Shown here piece by piece: positions 35,526 through 46,840 of a stretch of 64,000 bases of DNA. The notes under the pieces are model-generated. The model did not search any database and was not told where the DNA came from. It worked only from the letters and a program-made list of their open reading frames with translations. The translations under genes and the position numbers were made by a program. The stretch's first letter is position 1. The number at the start of each line of letters is the position of its first letter. This DNA comes from Piromyces finnis finn (Eukaryota; Fungi; Neocallimastigomycota): the NCBI GenBank assembly GCA_002104945.1, contig MCFH01000034.1, positions 62,001 through 126,000 of the forward strand, in the 5' to 3' direction.

Positions 35526-38513
35526 CTTTTTAGTTAATCCGTTATTGTAGTTATTTTAATAATATCTTTTTAAAATCTTTTTAAACTTTTTATATGAATT
35601 TTATTTATAATTGATAATTTTATAGGATCATTAATATTACTACATGAAAACTAATAATATAAAAAAAGTTTATTAACTGAAATTTATATTTGACCAAATT
35701 TCTAATATAAAATATAATAAGTAAATATATATTAATCCTTAATAAACATGATAAATTATTTCTAAAAACATGAAAAGAATAAAAAAAAAAAATTAAAATA
35801 AAATATTTAAATAAAAATTGTATAAATTTGAGAAAATGAATATATTATATATTTAACCCATAATAAAATAAAAATTATATATGATCGCTAAAGATTTAAC
35901 CATCATGCATAATTCATATAATTTATCATTTTTTTATTTATTTTTAAATATTTATTTTATATAGTTTATCCATAAGCTATTGAATGTAAAAATATAGTAA
36001 AGAAGTTCTTAAATAAAATGAATTCTTTTTCTTTATTAAAATTTCTTATAATGATAAAACATATAAATTATTTCTAATTTATTTGTTTTAAAAAAAAGTA
36101 TATTTGTTATTTATTAAAAATATTATACTAAAATTTTTTAGATAATTTATAATTAAATATCTAAAAATTTTAATTAAAAAAAAAATTAATAATACAGATA
36201 TTTAAAATTTAAATTAAAGGAAAAAGAAAAAAAATAAAGTATATTAAAACTAGTATAAATATATTTTATTACAAACTCTTCAGTCATTGAAAAGTTAACT
36301 ATATAAATTGAAATGAACTATATTTATTTATTTTAATAATCGGAGATGTCGATAATTCATATAAAAAAATTCCCACAAAATAATGAATATTATTACAACA
36401 TATCATTTTATATCTTTAAAAGTATAGTAGGTTATTGTATATATATCAATATATCAATTCATAGCTCATATATTTTTATTGTACTGGAATTTTCATATTA
36501 AAAAAAATTATAATTTTCTTCAAATAATATATTTTTTGAAAAATAAAAAAACATAAAAAGTTATAAATAAAATAAATATATAATATATTGACATACTTTT
36601 TTTCTTATTTCCCTTTTCATACTTTATTATTTGTAAAACCTTAATATTATAAAAAATTTTCATTTTACAAAATAAAAAATAAAAAATTACTATTTTATTA
36701 TTAGAATTTATATATTAAAATTTCTTTTCTTTCTCTTTTGTATTTATTGCCAATGGTCATTATTGAAACATAATCAAATGAATTAAAACAATTTAGTTTA
36801 GTTGTTATTGTGATTGCTTTAAAAATATTAAATTTTTGAAAATTAATAAATAATAAAAATTTATAGAAATATTGTAATATAAATTGTAGGAAAATTATAT
36901 AAATAATTAAATATAAATTTATAATAAAAAAAAATATAAAGGTCTTAATATATTAAAGAGAGAATATATCAAAAATTAATATATATATTTTTTCTTTATA
37001 AACTAAGGTATATAAAGTGAATTAAAATGTATAAATATTTATTAACAATATCTATATTTTATGATTAATATTGACATTAAATAATATTTTTTTGATATAA
37101 AAAAATGTTTTAATTATTATGTATTATTGAATATTTTTATATTTTAAAATCAATTTTTAAAAATCATTATATATTATTTATTAGCATATTAATAATTTCA
37201 ATGAAATAAAAATCCATTTTAAACCAATAACGGCCTATTTTATAAAAAAAAATTAACTAATTAAAAATGTTTTAAATTTTTTTTTTGTAAAATGAGTTTA
37301 AATACATAATCATATTAAATAGCATTTATAATTTCGAAACATTAATAAAACTATTTAAAACACACCACCAAAATATTTTATCATTTTTTATTTTGGAAAT
37401 AATAAAAAATATATATATATTATCCCACTTTTTTCATTATGTAACCTAAGGTTTATTATTTAATATTTTGACAAAAATTAATTTCCATTCTTTAAAACTA
37501 AAAATTGATATTCCCCATAAACTATCCAGTATTTTCTCTGGAACGCTATTAAAAATATTAAAATTTAACATATTTTAAGTCTTATTATATTTCTTATGTA
37601 TATGTATATCTTATATTTATAAACCTCCTTATTTTTGAAAATTCATAATTAGTGACGGCGTAAAGGGAAAAAATAATTAGAATAAATTACATCATAAAAT
37701 AATTATATTAATTTTTTGGTTAATTAATATATTTAATACTATTATATTTCTATTAACTATAATTAGAAATGATCTTCATTTCTATTATATAGAATTACAA
37801 ATAAAAACATCAAAAGTGAAACTTTATTTATATTCTTTTAATTAAAAAAAGAAAAATGGAAATTAAAAAAGATTGTATAATTAAATTTTAACGGCAAATA
37901 TTTTTTCTAACACAAATAAATAGAGATATATATAATTAAATTTTATTCTAATGTTACACCTATCAATTTTGATGTTCAATCATTTATTCAAATTTTATCT
38001 CTTCGAAAGTTAATTTATTAATAATTTTATATTTAACCCATTGAGTTTATTATTATTAATGTTATATAGTTAAATATTTTAATTTTATTGGAAAGATGAT
38101 ATGAATTAATTATTAAATAAATTAATTTTATTTATATATATTTTGTAAAAAATTTTATTTTTATATTTATAAAATAAATATAAATACTTTTAAAAATATC
38201 CAACAATTAATAAATTTATAAAATATTTGTAATATATTTTTAACATAAAAACATTATAAAGGAATAACTAGTATTTATTTATTTAAATTTTTTAAAAATA
38301 ATAAATATAGTTATTATATATATATTTTATTTAAAAAAATAATAATAAACTAATTTTCTTTTTGTAAATAGATATTTTATTGTATATATTTTTAACTAAA
38401 GAAATAATAGATAAATATTAATATTTGAAAAATTCACATAACATTATTAGTAGTTATTATAAAGTTCATTTATACAAATCCTAATCTTTCAAAAAGATAT
38501 TAAGGAGAATAAA

Positions 38514-40688
38514 ATGAAAACAACTCTTTTTACGTCTATTATTTTATATACTATTTTCTTTATTAACACCACTTTTGGAGCCGGTGAGGCTTCATTTGGT
38601 GGTGTAACTGCAAGTAAACCAATTAAACCTGTTACTAATAAAAATCCATTAATTACCCACAGATACAGTGCTGATCCAGGTGTTATGGTTTACAAGGATA
38701 GAGTTTATGTCTATTCTTCAAATGATGGTGATGTTGCTAATAAGAACGTAGGCGAAAACAAGTACGATCAAATTAACACTATTAATTGTATGTCATCTTC
38801 TGATTTAGTTAACTGGATGGATCACGGACCAATCGCTGCTGCTGGTGGTGGTGGTGCTGCTAAATGGGCCAAGAACTCATGGGCTCCATCAGCTGCTTGG
38901 AAAACCATTAACGGTAAGGATAAGTTCTTCCTTTACTTTGCTAACAGTGGTAGTGGTATTGGTGTTTTAACTAGTGATTCTCCAACTGGTCCATTTACTG
39001 ATCCACTTGGTAGAGCTCTTATTACACCACAAACTCCAAATTGTGCTAGTATCACATGGCTTTTTGATCCAGCCGCTTTTGTTGATGCTGACGGTACTGG
39101 TTATCTTTACTTTGGTGGTGGTGTTCCACAAGGTCAAAGTGCTAATCCAAAAACTGTTCGTGTTGTTAAGTTAGGTAATGATATGACTAGTCTTGCTGGT
39201 GAACCACAAACTATTGATGCCCCATGGGTATTTGAAGATTCTGGTATTCATAAGATGGGAAACACTTACTTCTATTCTTACTGTACTAATTGGGATAATG
39301 GACCATATGGTAATGCTAGAATTGCATACATGACTAGTAACAGTCCAATGGGACCATTCAGTTACAAAGGTACATGTTTCAACAATCCAGGAGATTTCTT
39401 CCAAACTACTGGTAATAATCACCACACTATTATTGAATTTAAAAACAAATATTATATTTTCTATCACACTGAATGGCTTAACAAGCAAGTTTTCGGTAGT
39501 CAAAAGGGTTATCGTACTACTCATGTTGATGAAATGCCAGTTAACGGTAATTCATTAGGTAATGCTAAAGGTACTCTTACTGGTGTTACTCAAATACAAG
39601 ATGTTGATGGTTCAGCTCTTAATTATGCCGCTTGTTTCGCTTGGCAAAGTGGTATTAGTGTTAAGGGACAAGCTGCAGTTACCACTGTTAATTATTCTCG
39701 TGGTGGTTGGACTGGTGTTTCCAATGTTGCTTTAGGTAATGCTCAATCTATTACTCTTAAGGCTTCTTCAGCTTCTGGTGCTACTATTAAGATTTGTACT
39801 GGTAGTGAAAATGGTCAAGCTATTGGTTATGTTGATATTCCAGCTGGTGGTTCTTTACAAAATGTTACTGGTAAAATTAGTGGTGCTTCAGGTACTAAAA
39901 ATCTTTTCTTTGTTTCCTCTGGTGATGCTTCAATTGAATCATGGCAATTAGGTGGTGGTTCAGGTGCTCCAGCTGCTAATAACACACCAGTTGAAACTGG
40001 TCCAGCTACTGAAACAGCTCCAATTGAAAATACTCCAATTCAAAACAATGGAGAAAGTTTTGGTAATACAGCTCCAAATGCCCCAATTACTGATAATAGT
40101 AACTCAGCTCCAGCTGCCGGTAATGATAATACATGGGGAGGATTTGGTGGTGGTGCTCCAGCTCCAGCTCCAGCCGGAGGTGACAACCCATGGGGAGGAT
40201 TCGGTGGATTCGGTGGTGGTGCTCCAGCTCCAGCCGGAGGTGACAATCCATGGGGAGGATTCGGTGGATTCGGTGGTGGTGCTCCAGCTCCAGCTCCAGC
40301 CGGAGGTGACAACCCATGGGGAGGATTCGGTGGATTCGGTGGTGGTGCTCCAGCTCCAGCTCCAGCCGGTGGTGACAACCCATGGGGAGGATTCGGTGGA
40401 TTCGGTGGTGGTGCTCCAGCTCCAGCTCCAGCCGGTGGTGACAATCCATGGGGAGGATTCGGTGGATTCGGTGGTGGTGCTCCAGCTCCAGCTCCAGCCG
40501 GTGGTGACAACCCATGGGGAGGATTTGGTGGTGCTCCAGCAAATGCAGCTGCTGAACCAGCTCCTTCTCAAGGAAGTAACTGTGCTGGTATGTGGGCTCA
40601 ATGTGGAGGTAACGGTTTCAGTGGTCCAACATGTTGTCAATCTGGTACTTGTGTATTTATTAATGAATGGTTCTCTATGTGTAAATAG
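38514..40688 (+). CDS. Secreted GH43 (XynD-like arabinoxylan arabinofuranohydrolase) + CBM6-like module + W/G/F/P-rich repeat linker + C-terminal CBM1; intronless
   Basis: Signal peptide; catalytic motifs YSADP, LFDPA and VFEDS; CBM6-like beta-sandwich ending IESWQL; C-terminal CAGMWAQCGGNGFSGPTCCQSGTCVFINEWFSMCK matches the CBM1 pattern. Confidence 0.93.
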   Translation: MKTTLFTSIILYTIFFINTTFGAGEASFGGVTASKPIKPVTNKNPLITHRYSADPGVMVYKDRVYVYSSNDGDVANKNVGENKYDQINTINCMSSSDLVNWMDHGPIAAAGGGGAAKWAKNSWAPSAAWKTINGKDKFFLYFANSGSGIGVLTSDSPTGPFTDPLGRALITPQTPNCASITWLFDPAAFVDADGTGYLYFGGGVPQGQSANPKTVRVVKLGNDMTSLAGEPQTIDAPWVFEDSGIHKMGNTYFYSYCTNWDNGPYGNARIAYMTSNSPMGPFSYKGTCFNNPGDFFQTTGNNHHTIIEFKNKYYIFYHTEWLNKQVFGSQKGYRTTHVDEMPVNGNSLGNAKGTLTGVTQIQDVDGSALNYAACFAWQSGISVKGQAAVTTVNYSRGGWTGVSNVALGNAQSITLKASSASGATIKICTGSENGQAIGYVDIPAGGSLQNVTGKISGASGTKNLFFVSSGDASIESWQLGGGSGAPAANNTPVETGPATETAPIENTPIQNNGESFGNTAPNAPITDNSNSAPAAGNDNTWGGFGGGAPAPAPAGGDNPWGGFGGFGGGAPAPAGGDNPWGGFGGFGGGAPAPAPAGGDNPWGGFGGFGGGAPAPAPAGGDNPWGGFGGFGGGAPAPAPAGGDNPWGGFGGFGGGAPAPAPAGGDNPWGGFGGAPANAAAEPAPSQGSNCAGMWAQCGGNGFSGPTCCQSGTCVFINEWFSMCK
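40124..40539 (+). repeat. Coding minisatellite: 7 units of ~60-66 bp encoding GGDNPWGGFGGFGGGAPAPAPA
   Basis: Near-identical tandem units are visible in both DNA and protein. Confidence 0.95.
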
Positions 40689-41196
40689 AGTGCTTAAAAG
40701 GGAAGTTTCATTACTATTAGATAATATATTAGAGGAAAAAATAAAAACATATAGAATAACATATTTTTATATATTTATAAAATGAGATTATACCTATAAA
40801 ATAACTATATATTTAATTTAATAATATTTAATAATTGTAATTAATTTTTATATTTTTTAATAAAAGAGACAATAAAATTTTAAAAATATGTGTTAATTAT
40901 TATTATAAATTATTATAAATTATTATAAAAGAGAATGTAAAAATTATACCTAAATGATTCATTCCATCCTTTTTAATCTTTATATTTTTTCATGTGCATG
41001 CAACAAGGTCTTATTTCCCTTGGTTGCGATTTCAATAAATTATGGAAACCTCGTTAATTCATAAGTCACTAATTAGATGACGAAGTTTTCTCAGTCAGTA
41101 AATTCTTAAGAAATCCTAATATTCCTATTCCTTTCAAAAGGTTTGAAGCAACAGCCAAGAGCGTCAATGCTGAAGAAACAGTAAGACAGGCCAGGA

Positions 41197-41715
41197 CCCT
41201 CTTGGGAACGTGCCTTCATTTATTTAATAAATGTAGTTTCTCAAGGGGGTCTACTCATGCTCATGGTACTGAGAGAGTAGAAAGAATTAAATCCAAGTAT
41301 TGCGCAATGGATGCTTGGTGCCCTCTTAGGAACGTGCCTTCATTTATTTAATAATGGAGTTTATCAAGGGGGTCTACTCATGCTCATGGTACTGAGAGAG
41401 TAGAAAGAATTAAATCCAAGTATTGTGCAATGGATGCTTGGTTAGTCTTTAAGGGAAAATTATTAGGACTAAGCTCATGGTACTGAGCGATTAAAAAACA
41501 TTTATCCATCGAATTTAAGTATTTGATGGATAAGTTGAATGTTTGGTATTCAGGTAAGTTTGTATAGTATTTAATTAGAAGAGTAATACATTTTGTTGCT
41601 GTATTTTTTTCTTTTATTCATGTATTCATGTAGTACTACTCTTCTCTTGTAAGAATCCAATGTAGTCAACTTTAGCATTTGCATTGTATTTTTATATTCA
41701 TGTAGCTATTGTTGT
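41197..41715 (+). repeat. Structured repeat unit 'X': one ~123-bp partial copy (41197-41318) plus one ~395-bp copy (41321-41715)
   Basis: The tandem duplication is visible. 41321-41715 is the near-identical reverse complement of 45270-45663. Confidence 0.9.
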
Positions 41716-44700
41716 GTTATTAAGAACTTTAATAACTGGTTTGAGGGACAGATTCTTATCAAATGGAACACCAAGATAAGTATAGCAATCAGTAGTTGAA
41801 TGGGTTGTCCTGCTAAGTAAAATGTTGGATTTCTCTTGTTCTGATTTTCTATTGATTCAGGACGAATCACTATCGTTGAACATTTCTGAATACCAAATTC
41901 CATTTCATTATACAAAGCCCATTCATTAACTCTTTTTAGCATCTTTTTTAAGCATCCTCTTGTTGGAGCACAAATAACTATATCATCTGTAAAAAGTCCA
42001 CCACAGCATCGAGTGCCACCTAAACTGACTCCGAGATCTTCGCACTCTTTAAAAATATCATTAATAAAGAGATTAAAAAGAATAGGCGAAAGTGGGCAAC
42101 CTTGACGGACTCCTTTCTTCACATCAAAAGATTTCGAGAATTGTCCATCTAATTTGACATTAGCCTTAGATGTTAAATATAAATTTTTGATAAATTGTAA
42201 ACTCTTACCTCGGATTCCTAAACAATCTAATTTATGGAGAATATTACCGATTGGGACTGAATCGTATGCTTTCCTGAGATCTAAAAAGGCCAAATATGTC
42301 TCTTTATTATCTAATTGACGTCTACGGCATATTTCTTGGATTGAAATGAAAAGACTAATACTTTCTTCCTTTTTTCGAAAACCAAATTGTTCAGGTCTAA
42401 TGAAATTATTCTTTAGACCATATTCTGAGATTCTAGTAGTGACAATTTTGGAAATCAACTTAATACCATTATTGATAAGTGATATACCTCGATAGTTATC
42501 ACAATCTGTCAAATCTCCCTTCTTAGGAATAGAAACAATACTGGATTCATTCCATGAGTTGGGAAATCTCCATCCCAAATACGGTTGAATAATTTAAGAA
42601 TAAAATTTAAACCATGAGCATCATTATCTGAAGTGGTATTACCAGAAGAATTATTATCTGTAGCATTATTAGAATCATTACTTGATGGAATTAATGCTTT
42701 GTAAAATTCAATTGGAATACCATCCGGACCTGATGCTTTATAATTTGGAGTAGTGAGGATAGCTGACTTGACTTCATCAATACTAATATCTTGGTTGATA
42801 TCCCACTCATCAAGCATAGGAAGTGAAAAACGTTTATTCGTTGGTTCTTCATACCAATGCTCCAAATCAAGACTTACACCACTTGGATCTGATGCAAGCT
42901 TTTCGAAATGATCATGCCACACTTCTAGTTGTTCTTCCGTAGCAACAACTAATTCTCCATTTTTATTTTTAATTGGTTGAGCAATAAAGAAAGAATCTTT
43001 TCCTATTTTTGCAGTTTTCTTGATCCATTTCCAGGCCTTCTTAGGATTATGACTCTTCATATACTCACATCCTGTTTTAATCCAATGAAGATATTCTTGC
43101 TTCCTAAATTCATTACATCTTTTGTGGATGTAATCAATGAGCTTACGGTAGATTTTAATTCTTTTAATAAATTCATCTATATCATAAATTCTTTCTTTTT
43201 TAAATCTCTTATACAACTTCATTTTGATTTTTTGAAGATTAAAAATTTGTTGTGAAATATGAAATGAAGACTTTATAACATTATTTGCTGAGGTAATACT
43301 GAGCTCGTCTGCAATTGAAAAAGCAGTTGAAGTAAACTCTTTGGAAAGTTCATCTGTAGAAACATTAGGATCGTTGAATTTTGCTGAAAGTATTTGGAAT
43401 TTATTATGACTGAGAATAGATTCCTTTTCCTCAATACATTTTAATCTATTCCATTTCAGAATTTTCTTAGGAACATTAAAGTCATTAGAAAAATCTTCCA
43501 TAGGAATAATTTTACCATTAATAAGAAGTGGCTTATGGTCTGATACAGGATAAAAATTATTTATAAATGATCCTGAGTGAATAAGATCTTTCATCTTCAA
43601 ATTGATAAGAGCATGGTCAATGTCGGAAGATTGTTCACCTCGAGTCCAAGAGATAGTAGACCCTCTAAGCGGAAGAATCTCCCAATCTCCTAATCCATTA
43701 GTTGATAACCAGTTGGATAATTTTACTTTAGACATATTAAAATCACCAACAAGAATCGATGGATGGGATGAATGAGTTTGTAACCACAAGCGAACTTCTA
43801 ACTTTGCATGATCAACATAGATGTTGTGATGACTATGAGGCATATAAACATTTCCAATCGAGCATTTGAATCTATTCCAAAGACTAAAAGTATAAATAGA
43901 AATAATATACTTTCCAGAGAAGTTTTCAAGTGAGGCTTGACACGAATTGTGAAAACCTAAATATAAACCTCTCATTCCAGGAACTGATTCGTCAGCTTTC
44001 TTGAAAAAGTGTCTATAGTTTCGCAAAGTAACACGACAAGGATAATCTGTATTCGATCCAGAACCATTACCAGTTTCTTGGAAACATAAAAATAATGGTT
44101 TGAAAATAGCTGTGAAATAGCTAATACTATCTCTCTTTTCGTGATTCCACCCATTGGTGTTCCAACTAAGACAAAAAGAAAAGTTATCAGGCTTGTTGGA
44201 TGAGGAAGAATCGTTGCTATTATTATTATTATTAAAGTCATCGTTATTAATGGATGATGCATCAGAGGAATAAGTAGAACTATTACTAGATGGCTGTGAA
44301 ACTGAAGAACTATCAACTATTGAACTGTTATCAGAGTTGATAGAGCTATTAGAATTAATTGTTGAATGTTGAGATTGAAATTGTGTTTGCTGTAGATCTG
44401 GAATATTTTCATGATGGGAAACTTGTTGAAGATCTTGTTGAAGATCTAGTTGAAGATCGGATTGTTGATGAGATTGTTGAACTGATTGTTGAAGTGATTG
44501 TTGAATTGAAAGTTGATGTTTATTAGAAACTAAAATTTTACGTTTGAGTGTGGAAAAAGTGTATTTGTGATTCCTTCTACTACGAGCTGAAAAGGAAATT
44601 GAGGTAACTGAAAGTTTCTTCTTTAACATGTGTAAGATTTTAATACAATCTTTCGATGAACCATGAACCTTGACTAAGAAAAAGTGATCATTGAAAGTCT

Positions 44701-44890
44701 GAAAATATTTAACACTAATAACTGAATTAAATTTATCTTCTAGAATAACCTCGAGTTTTTCCCATAGCATATTTACTGACCATGATCGAATACCACGGAT
44801 AAAGAAGGAGCGAATATCATCTAAGGGGATACCATAAGACCGGGTACCACGTCTGATATAATTCTTATCTTTAATATAAAGGACTGACAT
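41706..44890 (-). pseudogene. Frameshifted single EN-RT ORF of the LINE
   Basis: A one-base frameshift near 42555-42565 separates ...RIWDGDF from FPNSWNESSIVSIPKKGD. A second shift near 41795 puts TDCYTYLGVPFDKNLSLKPVIKVLNN in another frame. The sequence is truncated at 41716. Confidence 0.88.
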
Positions 44891-45269
44891 GATAATTAAT
44901 TCTAATTAAAAAATATTGAATATAAAATAAATACTAATAAAAATTATAAATATAACGTATATGGAAAAAAATCTGTCTCTCTCTCTCTTCTTAAAAGTAC
45001 TGGATAGTACAAAAATTGTTACGATGCTTTGTTTAAAGTTTCTTTTTTTTTTTTTTTTTAATTCTAGTTGTTAACTTTTTTTAAAAATTCTAGTTTTGGT
45101 TTGTTGTTAGTAAATTCGATTCGCTTTTTGACACTAAACTTGTTTGACTTTACTTTTCATTAAATATTTAAATTGGTAAAAAATTTGAATCAAGAATGTC
45201 GACACCAGAAAGCTTGTGAATAGTATTTTTACATGATGTAGAGTGAATCAGTCTCTTACAAGAAACAAT

Positions 45270-45773
45270 ACAACAATAGCTACATAAATATAAAAATACA
45301 ATGCAAATGCTAAAGTTGACTACATTGGATTCTTACAAGAGAAGAGTAGTACTACAAGAATACATGAATAAAAGAAAAAATACAGCAACAAAATGTATTA
45401 CTCTTCTAATTAAATACTATACAAACTTACCTGAATATCAAACATTCAACTTATTCATCAAATACTTAAATTCGATGGATAAATGTTTTTTAATCGCTCA
45501 GTACCATGAGCTTAGTCCTAATAATTTTTCCTTAAAGACTAACCAAGCATCCATTGCGCAATACTTGGATTTAATTCTTCCTACTCTCTCAGTACCATGA
45601 GCATGAGTAGACCCCCTTGAGAAACTACATTTATTAAATAAATGAAGGCACGTTCCCAAGGGGCTACCAACAAGAATCGATGGATGGGATGAATGAGTTT
45701 GTAACCACAAGCAAACTTCTAACTTTGCATGATCAACATAGATGTTGTGATGACTATGAGGCATATAAACATT
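45270..45773 (-). repeat. Inverted copy of unit X (45270-45663) fused to a 108-bp duplicate of the LINE endonuclease segment (45666-45773 = 43745-43852)
   Basis: Direct sequence comparison; one mismatch in the 108-bp duplicate. Confidence 0.9.
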
Positions 45774-46039
45774 GAGTGTAGATATCTCTTAAAAGTTGGA
45801 TGAGAAAAAAAAAAATTTGCTTTTTTTTTTTTTTTTTTTTTTTAACGGCATCAAATATTTTAAACTTTATTATTAATTTAATTAAAATTATAATACATGT
45901 AATAAAAAAATTAAAAATAAAAATAAAAATAAAAAAAAATATGTTTAAATAAACACAAATGAATAAAAATTGGGTATAATGTATTCTAGTAATTTTAATT
46001 AAAGTAAGAAAGCCACTATCATACTAAAGTATAATAATT

Positions 46040-46320
46040 GTATTTGACTTCCAATGGGACACCGAGCCAAAGATCAAAATTTTATCATGGGACAAAATTA
46101 TGATCTCCATTGGTTGCGCTGGCCCTCCTGGCCTGTCTTACTGTTTCTTCAGCATTGACGCTCTTGGATGTTGCTTCAAACCTTTTGAACATTGACCATT
46201 GCTGGCCAATAGCAAAAGGCATGATTTTGGTTAGAAGTTCCGCGGTTACCGTCAAGAATGGTGTTCCTTCGTTAGTACCAGATTGAATCTGACGCTTACA
46301 AAGTTCTTTCCATTCCCTTG
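46040..46320 (-). mobile_element. Probable 3'-terminal LINE fragment (ORF C-terminus ...WKELCKRQIQSG...SMFKRFEATSKSVNAEETVRQARRASATNGDHNFVP*)
   Basis: GC-elevated island with an open frame ending in TGA. 46126-46189 is the reverse complement of 41133-41196 (1 mismatch in 64). Assignment to the LINE terminus is inference. Confidence 0.6.
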
Positions 46321-46840
46321 AATTGTTTTAACAACTTTTTGCTTAATTAAAAAAAAAAAAAAAAATTTGCTATTATTATTATTTGCTATTATTATAATTG
46401 TTATTATGACTATAAATATAAGTATTACTGGTGGTAGAAAAAATCCCCTCACAATTCTTACAATAGAGAAATCTAAATAACTATACACAATTTAATAAAA
46501 ATCATAAGCACTAGAGTGCTTAAATCCAAACCCTCCAAACCCTCCAAAACATGAATAATATTTTCAATTTTTTATATATATATATTTATTAAAAATTTCA
46601 AAGTCCATTTAATTATAATTCTATGTTAAAAAATTACATATTTATTTTTTTTAAAAAAATGATAGTTTCTTCATAAAAATTTTCAAAAAAAAAAAATTAT
46701 AATTATAATAATAAAATAAAATTTACAAATAATAAAAATAAATGTTCTTATTTTTAGGAATAATAAAAAAAATTAAAATTTTTAGACTTTAAAAAAATAT
46801 TTTATCTATAATTTCAAATATTTGTTTAATTCCTTTTTGT

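Larger units (their letters stand above)
40983..45773 (-). mobile_element. Rearranged non-LTR (LINE, APE-endonuclease type) retrotransposon nest; main body 41716-45266 on the minus strand
   Basis: APE endonuclease motifs (LSWNTNG, LCFQETG, LVGDFN, VSDHKP) and RT motifs (KASGPDGIP, KKGDLTDCDNYRGISL, FLDLRKAYDSV, GVRQGCPLSPILFNLFIND, LFTDD, YLG). Duplicated and inverted pieces lie at both ends. Confidence 0.92.

Noticed and set aside
40104-40640. Antisense repeat ORFs (WSWSWSTT, HHHR, PPNPP)
   Set aside because: These are alternative frames of the GH43 minisatellite. The short tandem units are coding repeats without unique spacers, so they are not a CRISPR array.
41197-45663. LINE body flanked by inverted repeats, suggesting a DIRS, Penelope or DNA-transposon structure
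   Set aside because: The enzyme is an APE-type LINE with no tyrosine recombinase, GIY-YIG or transposase. The repeats look like rearrangement products.
46126-46160. CTGAAGA (CUGANGA) on the minus strand as a hammerhead ribozyme core
   Set aside because: No stem II or downstream GAAA is present, and the segment reads as protein-coding (NAEETVRQ).
40686-46524. 13-bp direct repeat TAGAGTGCTTAAA at 40686-40698 and 46512-46524 as a possible TSD around the transposon nest
   Set aside because: Neither copy abuts a recognisable element end (each is 200-300 bp away), so it cannot be separated from chance.
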